A stretch of 64,000 nucleotides of DNA from Torpedo marmorata (Eukaryota). The position numbers were made by a program, and so were the translations under genes. The DNA lies in contig OZ360222.1 of NCBI GenBank assembly GCA_977017645.1, forward strand, positions 182,900,001 through 182,964,000. Direction: 5' to 3'. The notes beneath the pieces are model-generated. The model worked only from the letters and a program-made list of their open reading frames with translations, had not been told where the DNA came from and ran no database searches. Of the stretch, positions 48,197-60,385 are shown piece by piece. Numbering within the stretch: position 1 is the first letter of the stretch; each line of letters opens with the position of its first letter.

Positions 48197-48875
48197 TCAC
48201 CAGGATGTTGCCAGGACTGGAGGGCTGAAATTACAGGGAGAGGGATGGGCTGGGTCTTTATTCTCCAGCGCATAGGAGGCTGAGGGGTGACATAGAGGTT
48301 TACAAAGCCAAGGGGGGCATGGATGAAATGAATGCTCACAGTCCTTTTCGGTGGGTGATTCTAGAATTGGAGACCATAGCTTTAAGATGAGAGGGGAGAG
48401 ATTTAAAAGGTGTTTGAGTGGCAGCTTCTTCACACAGAGGGTGGTCTGTATCTGCAATGAACGACCAGAAGAAACTCTAGACACGGGTAGAATTATAACA
48501 TTCAAAAGATATTTGGACAGAAATAAGGATAGTACAGAAAAGTGCTGGAGAAACTCAGCAAGACATGGAGTATCCATAGAAGCAAATGGCAGTCGATGTT
48601 TTGGGCCTGAACCTTCCTCAGGAGTGCTCAGGCCCGAAACGTTGACTGCCTTTGCTTTCTACAGGTGCTGCATGAGCTGCTGAGTTTCTCCAGCATGCTT
48701 GTGTACTGCACTAGACTCCAGCATCTGCAGATTTCTTGTTTACCTCAGATATATGGATAGGAAGTGCTTATACGAATGTGGACCAAATGCAGGCAAATGG
48801 GACTAGAACAGAATGGCAAGTTGGTCAGCATAGATGAGTTGGGCTGAAGAGCCTGATCCGTGCTGTATGACTCTG
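48197..48875 (+). mobile_element. CR1 3' remnant containing a palindromic Penelope-tail element (~48530-48745)
   Basis: CR1 C-terminal motifs (FFTQRVV); insert arms gtgctggagaaactcagca...gggcctga / tcaggcccgaaacg...tgctgagtttctccagca. Confidence 0.8.
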
Positions 48876-48959
48876 TCACTGACTGTAAAGGTGAGCCCAC
48901 GATTGAACTGGATGACAGGAATATTTTGAGGGCTGAATAGCCTCTTTCCCTATTTTGAT

Positions 48960-49225
48960 GTTATAGAGTCACAGCGTGGAAATAGGCTCTTCAGCCGAAC
49001 TTGCCCACACTGACCAAAATGCCCCACTAGTCTCACCTGCCTGCATTTGGCCCATATCCCTCTAAACCTATCCTATCCATGCATCCATGCAAATGTTTCT
49101 TAAACATTGCAATAGTACCTGCCTCAACCATCTCCTCCGGCAGCTTCTACCATACACCCACCATACTCTGTGTAAAAAAAGTTACCCCTCTGGTTCCTGT
49201 TAAATCTCTCCCCCCTCACCTTCTA
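48960..49225 (-). mobile_element. CR1 3'-end remnant
   Basis: Typical CR1 3' UTR (aggctcttcagcc...cctgcatttggcccatatccctctaaacc). Confidence 0.75.
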
Positions 49226-50136
49226 TAGCTGAAGCACCTTTATCGCTGATACCTCTCTTCCTCTGATCCCATGCAGCAGACGTTAGGCTGTCTGGAGTGG
49301 TGTGTCTATCTGATGATGCACAGTCGTCTCTACTAGGACACTACTGCGAAACAATCAACTTTGCAAGAAAATTACTTCAAGAGAGCAGCAGGTGTGATTG
49401 AATGGTAATAATGTACCCCAGCTGCAGTGTGGCAGGGAAATGAGAATAACAAGGCAATTGAAATACAAGACAGACGGTTAAGTACTTCCATCAGCTTGTC
49501 TATATTTAACACAAGTGCTTAAGGATATCTCCTAACACAATAACAAGCTGTAGTATGTGGATTACAATATTGACTGGGACAGTAGCTTATGGAAAATATG
49601 CAACTTTACAAACAGATAATGCCTAAAATTTCATGGGATGTTTTAGAGCAATTATTGTGTACGAATGGCGTTGAGAGTTTCTAGTGTCCTCACCTCGTCA
49701 CCCACACCCCAGCCCAATATAAATGTGACTCAAGGCAAATTTACATGAAGTGGAGGCTGTGCGTCGGACTTAATTTGCCAGTGTTTGGAGACTTGTGTGT
49801 GTACATTTAATCTGATGAGGTGAACATGTGTGTAGATGATTAACTGGCAGATGATGCCCATGTTTCTTCTTCACTCCCCCCCCCCCCCCGAATGTACAAC
49901 GTGAGTGTAATGGATGGAATATCATGGAGCAGGCCCTTTGGCCTAATTTGTTCAGGTTAACAATTTGGGCTCGTCCCATTTGCCTGCATTTGTTCCATAT
50001 CCTTCTAAACTCATTCGATCCATATGCTTGTTGCTATGGATGTAATGGTGTTTTATTATGTTGTTATGTTATTGTGTTCACTTTAAAAACATTGTTTATT
50101 TCCCTTTAAGGGCACGGTGCCATAGAGGCACCGTGT

Positions 50137-50620
50137 CATAGAACATAGAACATTATAACATTGTACAAGCCCCTTTGGCCCACAATGTTATGCTGACCTA
50201 TATTTTCAAACCTCCTCAACAATCTAAACCTTCTCTACCTCACATCATAATCCTCTATTTTTCTTGCATCCAAGAGTCTTTTAAATATGCCCCCATTGTA
50301 CCAGCTTCCACCACCACCCCTGGTAATGCATTCCAGGCATCCACTACTTACTGTGTAAAAAACTTACCCCGATGTCTCCCCTGAACGTTCTTCCTCTCAC
50401 CTTAAACAGATGTCCGCTGGTATTTGCTACTGTCATCCTGGGAAAATAGGTGCTGGCTGTCCACCCTATCCATGGCCCTCATAATCTTGCAAACCTCTAT
50501 TCAGTCACCTCTCATCCTTCTTCGCTTCAAAGAGAAAAGCCTTATAAGACACTTTCTCCAATCCAGGCAACATTCTGGCAAAATCTCCTCTTCACCCTCT
50601 CCATAGCTTCCACATCCTGT
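50137..50620 (-). mobile_element. CR1 3'-end remnant with (TTCTATG)n tail
   Basis: catagaacatagaaca terminus; CR1 C-terminal coding remnants. Confidence 0.78.
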
Positions 50621-51709
50621 TGAAGTTCATTTTTTCCTGAAAATGTTGTCGCAGTTGGATAGGGTAGTGATGAAGACATCTGGACATTTTGTTGATTAAT
50701 ACATTGCATAATATCAAATAAAAACACAAATGAAAGGCACTGCAAGTCAGGCAGCTTCTGTGGGGCGAAGAATGAGCTGGTTCAATGACCACATATCTGT
50801 TCTGGAAGTGCTTAATGATCTAGCATATTTTTTGAAAAAACCAGTGCTGGGCATGGATCTGTTGATGAGTTGGGGATAAGACTAAAAGGAGAGGTGTACA
50901 AAAGGGTGGACATCAGACTTTTGATAAATCATTTGGAACTAATTATAGGTTCTTATTCATCTTCACTCCCCAACAATGGCACCCTAGCACCCACTCTCTG
51001 GAGCTGCCTCCTTGAACCCCATCATCTCTCCATTTCTCCTTCAAATTTTATTTTTCTGAGTGGATTTCCATTCATCTTCCAACCTCTTCCTTGTTGGTTA
51101 ATCATCAGCACCCCTCCTGTTTCCACTTGAGAAGCCCACAGAAATAAAGTACACGCAAACAATGATCCTGTAAAATCCTACTCACCTTTGCATCAATATT
51201 TCATAATCATGGTTTCTGTTAATGCGAATTTGAAATTGGGCCAGGTGAAGGAAGATTATATGCTAATTCCAATTGATGCCCACTTTACATTCCCAATCAA
51301 ATAGCTGATTAGTAGCTCCTGAAACAGCAACAAAAAATGTAATAAATAATTTGTGAATATTTAAATATTTATGTCAGATTCTGATAAATACATGATTTGT
51401 TTATCAGGAAATGGATCCAGTACTACGTATTGCATCTGTGCTGAATCTGATCCTCAGTCACTGATGCAGAGTTTTGACCCAAAACATCGACTACACCATT
51501 CCCCCCACGGATGCTGCTCGACCCGTTGAGTTGCTCCAGCCGCTTGTTTTTTTAATCATCCATCTCCTTACTGTTTCATGTGCAGATTTTCCAGTTTCCA
51601 GTTTGGAAATTCTTCCTGTTGCACCTGCATCATTAAATCTGACAAAAATGCAACTGCTGCATTGAAACCGATGGGAAGAAAAGGCTGTTGGAAGAACAGA
51701 AAGTAGATT

Positions 51710-51975
51710 TGGGTGGCACGGTTAGGGTCTGAGAGACACGGTTAACGTAGCAGTTAGCGCAACGCTATTACAGTGCCAGCAATCCAGTTCGAATCCAGCG
51801 CTGTCTGTAAGGAGTTTGTATGTTCTCCCCATGGTGCGTGGGTTTCCTCTGGGTGTTCCGGTTCCCTCCCACCCTTCAAAAATGTACGGGAATAGTAGGT
51901 TAATTTATGTATTTGGTGGGGCATGGGCTTGTGGGCCGGAAGGGCCCGTTATCATGCTGTATGTCTAAATTTTAC
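51710..51975 (+). mobile_element. V-SINE (HE1-type) with a partly duplicated head
   Basis: cacggtta occurs twice; B-box AGTTCGAATCC; V-domain. Confidence 0.88.
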
Positions 51976-52113
51976 TTTCCATTTAAATATATTTGTTTAT
52001 GTGAATATTTTCAAGTTTTATCTTTTTAAAGAGCTATTTTTAATAAAATATATTATTAATTCTTGATTGTTGCTGAAATATTTGTAATTATTAAAGATGT
52101 ATGCAAAAATGCT

Positions 52114-52832
52114 TATAGTGACTTCAATCCAACAAATAGTCACTTGGAGGCTAGGTGAGACACTTGTTCTTGACACTTTTCAATTAATTTACAAACGTCC
52201 AATAAGTTCAAAAAACTTTATTTACACACGTGACTTGTAGCAATCTTCAATGACTTAAATATCTTCTTTAAACGAAATATAAACAATTCTTGATAACGTT
52301 GCTTATATTCCTTTAAACAATTCCTTTAACATTCATTTAAACGTCCTTTAAATGGTTCCTTTAAACGTCTTTTAACGGTCAATGAAAAATATGGCGATCT
52401 CACTCACCCTCCTCTAAGCCGCCATCTTTTTCTATTCTTTCTTCCCCGATTCGCGCATGCTCACTGCGCATATTCCACCGCGCATACTCTACCGCGCATA
52501 CTCCACCGCCCATACTCTACCGCGCATACTCTACCGCGCATACTCCACCGCGCATACTCCACCGCGCATACTCTACCGCGCATACTCCACCGCGCATACT
52601 CCACCGCGCATACTCCACCGCGCATACTCCACCACGCATACTGCCGTCACTTCCCAACTGCGCATGCTCCAGCCACTTCCCCACTGCGCATGCGCCCGTC
52701 GGCACTCCCGCACATGCGCAGAGTACTCAATAGGCCTACCATGGCCTCCTAATCTCCATAAGTCCTCCGAAACGTGCTGAGACCATTGGAACGCCGCGAT
52801 AAAGGTAAGTAACTAAACCTACGGCTCTTACA
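52114..52832 (-). mobile_element. Solo LTR (same family as 27316-27946) with an expanded 14-bp tandem array
   Basis: TSD ATGCT (52109-13, 52833-37); minus strand TGTAAGAGCC...TATA; ACTC(C/T)ACCGCGCAT about 12 times at ~52470-52640. Confidence 0.82.
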
Positions 52833-53170
52833 ATGCTCAATTTCAGTGACAGCTTGTAATACTGGGTGTGGGGTCTCACCGACTGTCAAAGCCTTATTGT
52901 GAGTGCAGCTAACTAGTTATGCAGGGAGAGGTGAGGCATTTACTGATGTGCTTGGGGAGGGGGGGGCGGTGGCGGGTGGGGGGGTGGAAGATTGCAGTGG
53001 AGACTGACCAAGTAATGCAGCACAGTCCAGGGTAGCAAAACAAAAACCTGCAGGTGCCAGAAGTCTGAAACAAAATCAGAATAGGCTGGAAACACTCAGC
53101 AGGTCAGGCAACATCTGCAGAGAAACAGAATTGGCATTTCAGATCAAAGACCCATTGTTCTAATTAAGTT

Positions 53171-55365
53171 AAAAACAAGTCCTGGCAGAACTTGTCCTCA
53201 CTCTCAACTCCATCTTTTCTCCCCTGGTCCAATCCCTCCCCACCAACATCCGTGACACCTCACATGCCCTCCATCTCCTCAATGACTTCAGATTCCCTGA
53301 ACCGGACCACATCATCTTCACTATGGATGTCCAATCCCTTTATACCTCTATCCCCCACACAGAAGGTCTGAAAGCACTTCGCTTCTTCCTGGACCAAAGA
53401 CATGACCAGTTACCACCCTCCTCCATCTGGCAGAACTTGTCCTCACTCTCAACCCCCTCTCCCACCCTCCTTCCTCCCCCACCCTACACCTCCCCGCTCC
53501 GACCCCCCCTCCCCCTGCCAAATCCCCCAACCACCCTCCTCCTCCCTCCAACCTACCCCACCCTCCATCTCCACCCTCGGACCTCCCCAACCCTCCCCCT
53601 CCCCCCAACACCGATCCCCACTCTAACCCCTGCTTGGTTTTTACTATCCCCTCTGACCTTCCCCTCTCTGAGACAGAGCGCTCGGTCCTCAGTAGAGGCC
53701 TCACCTTCGTCCCCCTCCGCCAACACCTCAACGAGTTCCGTGCACGCCGCGATGCCGAAATCTTCTTCCGTCGCCTCCGCCTCCAGGCTCACTTCCATAA
53801 CTGTGACTCTTCACCCCCCACCCAAGACCCTTTCTCCCGCTTCAAGCCTTCTTCCTCTTTCTGGACACTTCGTCCTGGCCAGCTGCCTGCTCTGGACCTT
53901 TTAATTTCCAACTGCCGCTGAGACATCAACCGTCTCAACTTCACCATCCCCCTCTCGTTTTCCAACCTCACCTCCTCAGAACACTCTGCCCTCCACTCTC
54001 ACCGCAACAATCCCAACCTCACCATCAAACCCGCAGACAAGGGCAGTAAGGTTGTGGTCTGGCGCACTGACCTCTACCTTGCCGAGGCCAGTCGACAGCT
54101 CTCAGACACCTCCTCCTACCGACCCCTCCCACAGGATCCCACCACAACACATCAAGCCACTGTCTCCAACATCATCTCCAACCTCATCACCTCTGGTCAC
54201 CTCCCCTCCACGGCCACCAACCTCATTCTCTCCCACTCCCACACTGACCGTTTCTACCTTCTACCCAAGATACACAAACCCAACCATCCGGGCAGACCCA
54301 TTGTTTCTGCCTGCTCCTACCCCACCGAACTAGTTTCATCTTACCTTGACTCCATCTTTTCTCCCCTGATCCAATCCCTCCCCACCTACATCCGTGACAC
54401 CTCACATGCCCTCCATCTCCTCAATAACTTCAGATTCCCTGAACCGGACCGCATCATCTTCACTATGGATGTCCAATCTCTTTATACCTCTATCTCCCAC
54501 ACAGAAGGTCTGAAAGCACTTCGCTTCTTCCTGGACCAAAGACCCAACCAGTCACCCTCTACCACCACCCTCCTCCGCCTGTCAGAACTTGTCCTCACTC
54601 TCAATAACTTCTCCTTTAACTCATCCCACTTCCTCCAAATCAAAGGAGTAGCAATGGGTACCCGCATGGGTCCCAGCTATGCCTGCCTGTTTGTGGGCTT
54701 TGTGGAGCAATCCATGCTGCAAGCCCACACAGGCAAGACCCCACATCTCTTCCTCCGGTATATCGACGACTACATCGGGGCTGCCTCATGCACCCGCGAT
54801 GAGCTTGTCAACTTCATCCACTTCGCGTCCAACTTCCACCCTGATCTCAAACTCACCTGGTCCATCTCCATTAACACTCTCCCCTTCCTGGATCTCTCTG
54901 TCTCCATCTCGGGAGACAAGCTTTCCACCGACATTTACTACAAACCCTCCAACTCCCACAACTATCTGGACTACTCTTCCTCACACCCTGTCCCCTGCAA
55001 GGATTCCATCCCCTTCTCTCAATTTCTCCGTCTCCGCCGCATCTGTTCCCAAGATGAGGTCTTCCAGTCTAGATCTTCTGAAATGTCTGCCTTCTTCCAC
55101 AAACATGGCTTCCCCTCCACCACCATCAACTCAGCCCTCACCCGCATCTCCTCCATTTCCCGCTCATCTGCCCTGGCCCCGTCTGCCCCCAGACGCAACA
55201 AACATAGGATCCCCCTCATCCCTCACCTACCACCCCGCCAGCCTCCGCATCCAACACGTTATCCGCAGGAATTTCCGGCACTTACTACAGGATCCCACCT
55301 GCTGAGTTTCTCCAGCATTTATGTTTTTTACTTCAACCACGGTGTTTACAGATTTTTGTGATTTA
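53171..55365 (+). mobile_element. Penelope-like retroelement (RT region; GIY-YIG deleted) with 14-bp TSD
   Basis: TSD GTTCTAATTAAGTT at 53157-70 and 55366-79; inserted between the arms of an older palindromic tail element (53035-53156 / 55380-55475). Confidence 0.9.
53634..55298 (+). pseudogene. Penelope-like reverse transcriptase
   Basis: SVLSRGLTFVP; IKPADKG; FYLLPKIHKPNHPGRPIVS; MDVQSLYTSI; QIKGVAMGTRMGPSYA; LRYIDD; PFLDL; SQFLRLRRICS. Confidence 0.93.
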
Positions 55366-55594
55366 GTTCTAATTAAGTTCCTCTTTCCTCATGAAGTTCT
55401 GATGACCAGAAACATTGCCACCGTTCCTCTCTCCACAGATGTTATCTGACCTGCTGAGTATTTCCCTCTATTTTTACAGTAAAAATGATCTGTACCAAGG
55501 ATCTATTGCTAATCTTCAGATAATTAAATTGGAGAGCATTCCTTACTGCATACCTGATACCCTCTGAATAAAAAAGTAGATGATCTATTTGAAT

Positions 55595-55850
55595 CAAACA
55601 CCAACAAAGTGCTGGAGAAACTAAGTAGGTCCCGCAGCATTCATAGGAGTCAAAGATATATAACCAACGATTCGAGCCTGATCCCTTCATCAAGGTCCTG
55701 AAACGTTGGTTATCATACCTTGAGGAAAGGTTCAGGCCTGAAACATTGGTTATATATCTTTGCCTCCTATGGATGCTGCGGGACCTGCTGAGTTTCTCCA
55801 GCACTTTTGTGTTTGTACTACAACCACAGTGTCTGCAGACATTCTTGTTT
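55595..55850. mobile_element. Palindromic Penelope-tail element
   Basis: 55606-55696 is the reverse complement of 55717-55808, with an extra cctgaaacgttggttat copy in the loop. Confidence 0.82.
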
Positions 55851-56221
55851 TTATCTACCGGTATTTGAATCCATCTATTGGTCTGGAGATGCAAATTGCA
55901 CTTTTATATCTGCAGTGATAACTCAATGAATTGGCACTTTTACCTTGGACAGGGTTCAAATGAGATCCTCCTTTGCAAACTCAGCTTAAAGAAATGATCA
56001 ATAGACCCAAGGTAACATTACCAGGACTATTAACATGACACTAGGGATTTAAATTGCTTTCATAGCACTCCTTTTGAATGAGCTCTGCCTAAAACTCTGT
56101 ATGTGCTATTTTAAAGCAGTCATGCGCCTTACTTTTTAGAATGGGTCAATGACTGATACATACAAGACAAGAGCATTTTATGTGTTTGTTTACCAAGGTG
56201 GCTCAGTGCCTTTTATAGATT

Positions 56222-56376
56222 CTGGAAGGAGTGCAGAGGTTAATGAAGGCAGTCTTCTCATCTTCTCAAGGACATGAAGTGACATATTATGCATAAGTGT
56301 CTGCATAAATAAGCCATTTCATGTCCTTGAGAAGGTGATGTTGGACTGCCTTCATTAACCTCTGCACTCCTTCCAG
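56222..56376. repeat. ~155-bp inverted repeat (hairpin)
   Basis: Perfect 33-bp arms 56222-56254 / 56344-56376, plus inner stems TTCTCAAGGACATGAA / TTCATGTCCTTGAGAA and TTATGCA / TGCATAA. Confidence 0.93.
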
Positions 56377-56818
56377 TAAAGGTACTCCTACAGTGCTGTT
56401 GGGGACAATGACGGATCAGCAAAATATTTCCAGGGCAGCCAGATGTATGATGTATGGGAGAACCTCCAGACGTGATGCTCCCCTGCACCTCGATGGCAGA
56501 GATCCCCACCAGCAGTTCCTGCTCTGCTCTGAGTTGAGTGACCTGTTAAGGTGGCAGATTTAGCTTTAGCTTTATGCATGCATTGAGAGGGGGTGGGGGT
56601 GGGGGAAGGGAATTATCCAGGGATCCTGGTTCTACCTGGGTTGGGTCAAAATACAAGAACAGTTTCTTTCCTGCTTTTATCAAACTCTCAAGTGGATCTC
56701 GCAGTGGAGAAAGAAAAATGTCCTTGCACTGTTCTCTATATGCTGTTCCATATTTTAGAACTTTTCGCTATATCCTGCACTATTTGACTTATTGTAACAC
56801 AACTCCCTATACAATTGT

Positions 56819-57993
56819 AAACACGAAAATCTGTAGACACCGTGGTTGAAGTAAAAAACACAAAAGCTGGAGAAACTCAGCAGGTCAAACAGTGTCTTTT
56901 ATGTAGCAAAGGTAGAAATACATAACCGACGTTTCAGGCTTGAGCCCTTCATCAAGGTATGAGAAAATGCCGGCAGGCGTCTGAACAAAGGAGTGAGGGG
57001 GGAAGGGGGGTGGGAAAGGCAGGAGATGATAGGTGGAGAAAGGAGGGAGGGGACAGCAGCAAAGAGGGGGAGGAGGGATGGCTGGGTGGATGGAAAAAAA
57101 CAGGAAGGACAGGTGAGGGGGAGGGGAAGGGAACAACAAGCAGGTTTAGTGGAAAGCAGAAAAGTCAATCTTAATTCCATCTGGCTGGAGAGTGCCGAGA
57201 CGGAATATGAGATGTTGTTCCTCCAATTTGCGGGTAGTCTGGGTGGGATAGTACATGAGGCCATGGACAGACATGTGAGTGTGGGAGTGTGACCCAGAAT
57301 TGAAATGGTTGGCTACTGGGAGGTCGCTGTTGTTGCGGACGGAGAGGAGGTGCTCAGCAAAGCGGTCTCCCAATCTACGACCGGTCTCTCCAATGTATAG
57401 AAAGCCACAAAGGGAGCACCGGATGCAGTAAATAAGTCCTCTGGATGTACAAGTGAAGTGTAGTTTCACTTGGAAGGCCTGTTTGGGGCCCTGGACCGTG
57501 GTGAGGGGGGAGGTGTGGGCGCAGGTGTTGCACCTCCTGCGGGCACAGGGGAAGGTTCCGGGGGTGCGATGGGTGGGGAGGGACGAGTGCACGAGTGAAT
57601 CGCGGAGGGAGCGGTCCCTATGGAAGGCCGAGAGGGGAGGAGAAGGAAAAATGTGTCTGGTGGTGGGATCCTGCAGCAAGTGCCGGAAATTCCGGCGGAT
57701 AATGTGTTGGATGCGGAGGCTGGTGGGGTGGTAGGTGAGGATGAGGGGGATTCTATGTTTGTTGCGTCTGGGGGCAGAGGGGGCCAGGGCAGATGAGCGG
57801 GAAATGGAGGAGATGCGGGTGAGGGCTGAGTTGATGGTGGTGGAGGGGAAGCCACGTTTGTGGAAAAAGGCAGACATTTCAGAAGATTCCTCCAATTTGC
57901 GGGTAGTCTGGGTGGGATAGTACAATTCCTCCAATTTGCGGGTAGTCTGTTCCTCCAATTTGCGTGTAGTCTGTTCCTCCAATTTGCGGGTAG
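56819..57993 (-). mobile_element. Penelope-like 3' fragment (GIY-YIG endonuclease and hammerhead-bearing tail) with 15-bp TSD
   Basis: TSD TCCCTATACAATTGT at 56804-18 and 57994-58008; inserted in a Rex1-type 3' remnant. Confidence 0.92.
57146..57887 (-). pseudogene. Penelope GIY-YIG endonuclease domain (open reading frame, 5'-truncated)
   Basis: CARRRCNTC...FTCTSRGLIYCIRCSLCGFLYIGETGRRLGDRFAEH...VANHFN...EQHLIFRLGTLQPDG. Confidence 0.92.
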
Positions 57994-58319
57994 TCCCTAT
58001 ACAATTGTCTGTCTTATTTATTTGTAATTATTGCATTACCTGCTGTATGAGTTGATTTGTCTGGATAGCACACAATACAAAGTCTTTTACCTTATCTTGG
58101 TACACGTGCAATAAAAAAATCTATTCACTTCAATATAGTGTGAGTCCACATTAAGAATTTCCCACTATGATGCAGGAGATTTGACAGCGCCCATGCAACA
58201 GAATCCCAGTATACATCAGCATGGAATTACTGCATTGTAAGTAGTCACAGAGTCATACAGCATGGAAGGGGCCCACCAAGTCTACCCTGATCATCAAGCA
58301 CTCATTAATCCTACTCTGA

Positions 58320-58985
58320 TCTCATTTGGAAGTCAGGAGACCACAAGCCAGTCCTCATCGAGGGCTCAGCAGTGGAGAGGGTCAAGAACTTCAAATTCCT
58401 AGGTGACAACATCTCCAAGGGTCTGTTGTGGAGCCTCAGCGTCGATGCAATCATGAAGAATGCTCGCCAGTGGCTATACTTTATGAAGAGTATTCGATAT
58501 GTCACAGAAGACACTCGAGAACTTCTACAGGTGCATTCTGGCTGGTTGCAACACTGTCTGGTACGGAGGTGCCAACGCTCAGGACAAGTAGAAACTCCAG
58601 ATGATGGTTAACTCGGCCTGTGACATCACAGGCACCAGACATCACTCCATAGAGGACATCTATAAGAGAGGCAGTGTCTTAAGAAAGCAGCCTCTATCCT
58701 CAAGGACCCCCACCACCCAGGCCATGCCCTCTTCACTCTGCTACCATCGGGAAAAAGTACAGGAGCTTGAAGATAAGCACTAAATGGCACAAGGACAGTT
58801 TCTTATCCTCTGCCTTCAGATTCCTGAATAATCAATGAACCACAGACACTGCCTTACTTTGACTTTTTCTTGCACAATTTTTTATTTATTTTGTAAAGTG
58901 GTTTATATAAATGTTTGCACTGTGATGCTGCCACAAAACAACGAATTTCATGACATGTTAATGACAACAAATTCTGATTCTAAAG
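58320..58985 (+). mobile_element. Rex1/Babar-like 3' fragment (degenerate)
   Basis: Homologous to 61890-62570; ERVKNFKFLG. Confidence 0.88.
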
Positions 58986-59037
58986 ACATAGATTTATACA
59001 GCACAGAAAGAGCCTACCATATCCATACCACCAAGAC

Positions 59038-59615
59038 GAGTCAAGTCAAGTCACCTTTATTTGTCGTTCATTACCATATACACAGTAAGACGAGATAGCG
59101 TTTCTCCAGGACCATGGGCAGATGTACATAAATATCATAATACAATAGAAAAACTATAACATGCTAATACACATATATATCTAGGAATTGAGGAGCCTGA
59201 TGGCTTGGGGGAAAAAACTGTTGCACAGTCTGGACGTACGAGCCCGAGTGCTTTGGTACCTCCTTCCAGATGGCAAAAGTGAAAACAGTTTACCAAAGTG
59301 GTGTGAGAAGTCCTTCACAATGTTCTTAGCCTTCCTCATGCATCGTGTGTTGTAGATATCCATCATGGTGGGGAGAGAGACTCCAATAATTTTCTCCGCT
59401 GACCCCACTATCCTCTGCAGGGTCTTTCGGTCCGAGATGGTACCGTTACCAAACCAAGCGGTGATGCAATTGCACAGAATACTCTCAATACATCCCCTGT
59501 AGAATGTAGTAAGGATAGGGGGTGGGAGATGAACTTTCCTCAGCCTTCGCAGGAAGTAAAGACGCTGCTAGGCTTTCTTGACTATGGAACTGGTGTTGAG
59601 GGACCAGCTGAGACT
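59038..59615 (-). mobile_element. Rex1/Babar-like 3' fragment with (ACTTG)n tail
   Basis: SAEKIIGVSLP...LFSLLPSGRRY...NSFFPQAIRLLNS. Confidence 0.85.
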
Positions 59616-59619
59616 CATT

Positions 59620-60385
59620 TGCACTAATCCCTTTTACCTGCATTAGATCTGTAGCCTTCTGTGCCTTTTCAATTCAATGGTTCTCGATGCTTCTTAAATG
59701 CTGTGAGAGTCTCCGCCCTTACTCTCACCTGCTCAGTCAGATCATTCCAGCCTCTGACATCACTGCGAAAAAAATCCCTCTCAGATCCCCTCTAAATCTA
59801 GCCCTTACCTTAAGCGTTTGCCTCCTTGTACTGGACACTCAGCATCCTCCATTCCAGGTAAAACAAACCCGACATCCAATTTCACCATATATTGAAATGC
59901 TCCAATCCAGGCCACATCCTGCTGAATCTCCCCTCTTCCCTCTCCATATTTCCTATGGTCTGGTGACCAGAATTGCATGCAACTACTGCTTTATAAATTT
60001 GCAACATGACCTCCAAGCTCTTATACCTGATGGAATGGTCAATAAAGACAACCATCTCATATACCTTATCCAATGTCACACTTCAGGGATCTATGGACAG
60101 TCTAAGATTCCTGTGTTCATTTAACCCCACTCCTGTGTTCATTAACATTCCCTCCATTTACATCTTCCCACATTCCCACCAACCTCCCCGCCCCCCCCCA
60201 CTCCCAGAGTCTATCACTCCCGACACACCAAGACCAATTCACAGCAGCCAATTAACTCCACTAACTTCTGCGCCTTTGGTATGTGGTAGGGAACTGGACT
60301 GTCCAGAGGAAACCCAGGTGAACGTGTAAACTCCACATGGAGAGCGCTCGAGGTCAGGATTGAATCCAAGTCAATGAGCTGCCTG
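59620..60385 (-). mobile_element. Old CR1 remnant (59620-60120) and V-SINE remnant (60200-60385)
   Basis: Decayed CR1 C-terminus; ggaactggactgtccagaggaaaccca...gtaaactccaca. Confidence 0.65.

Noticed and set aside
50113-50135. 9-bp perfect hairpin CACGGTGCC/GGCACCGTG
   Set aside because: Too short to interpret; lies at a CR1 tail junction and is probably a junction by-product or chance.
52457-52780. ORF with repeated RILYRAYSTAHTPP
   Set aside because: Product of a 14-bp tandem array inside a solo LTR.
53634-57982. One Penelope element with RT and GIY-YIG split by an inversion
   Set aside because: Each piece has its own TSD pair and they overlap in content, so they are two independent insertions.
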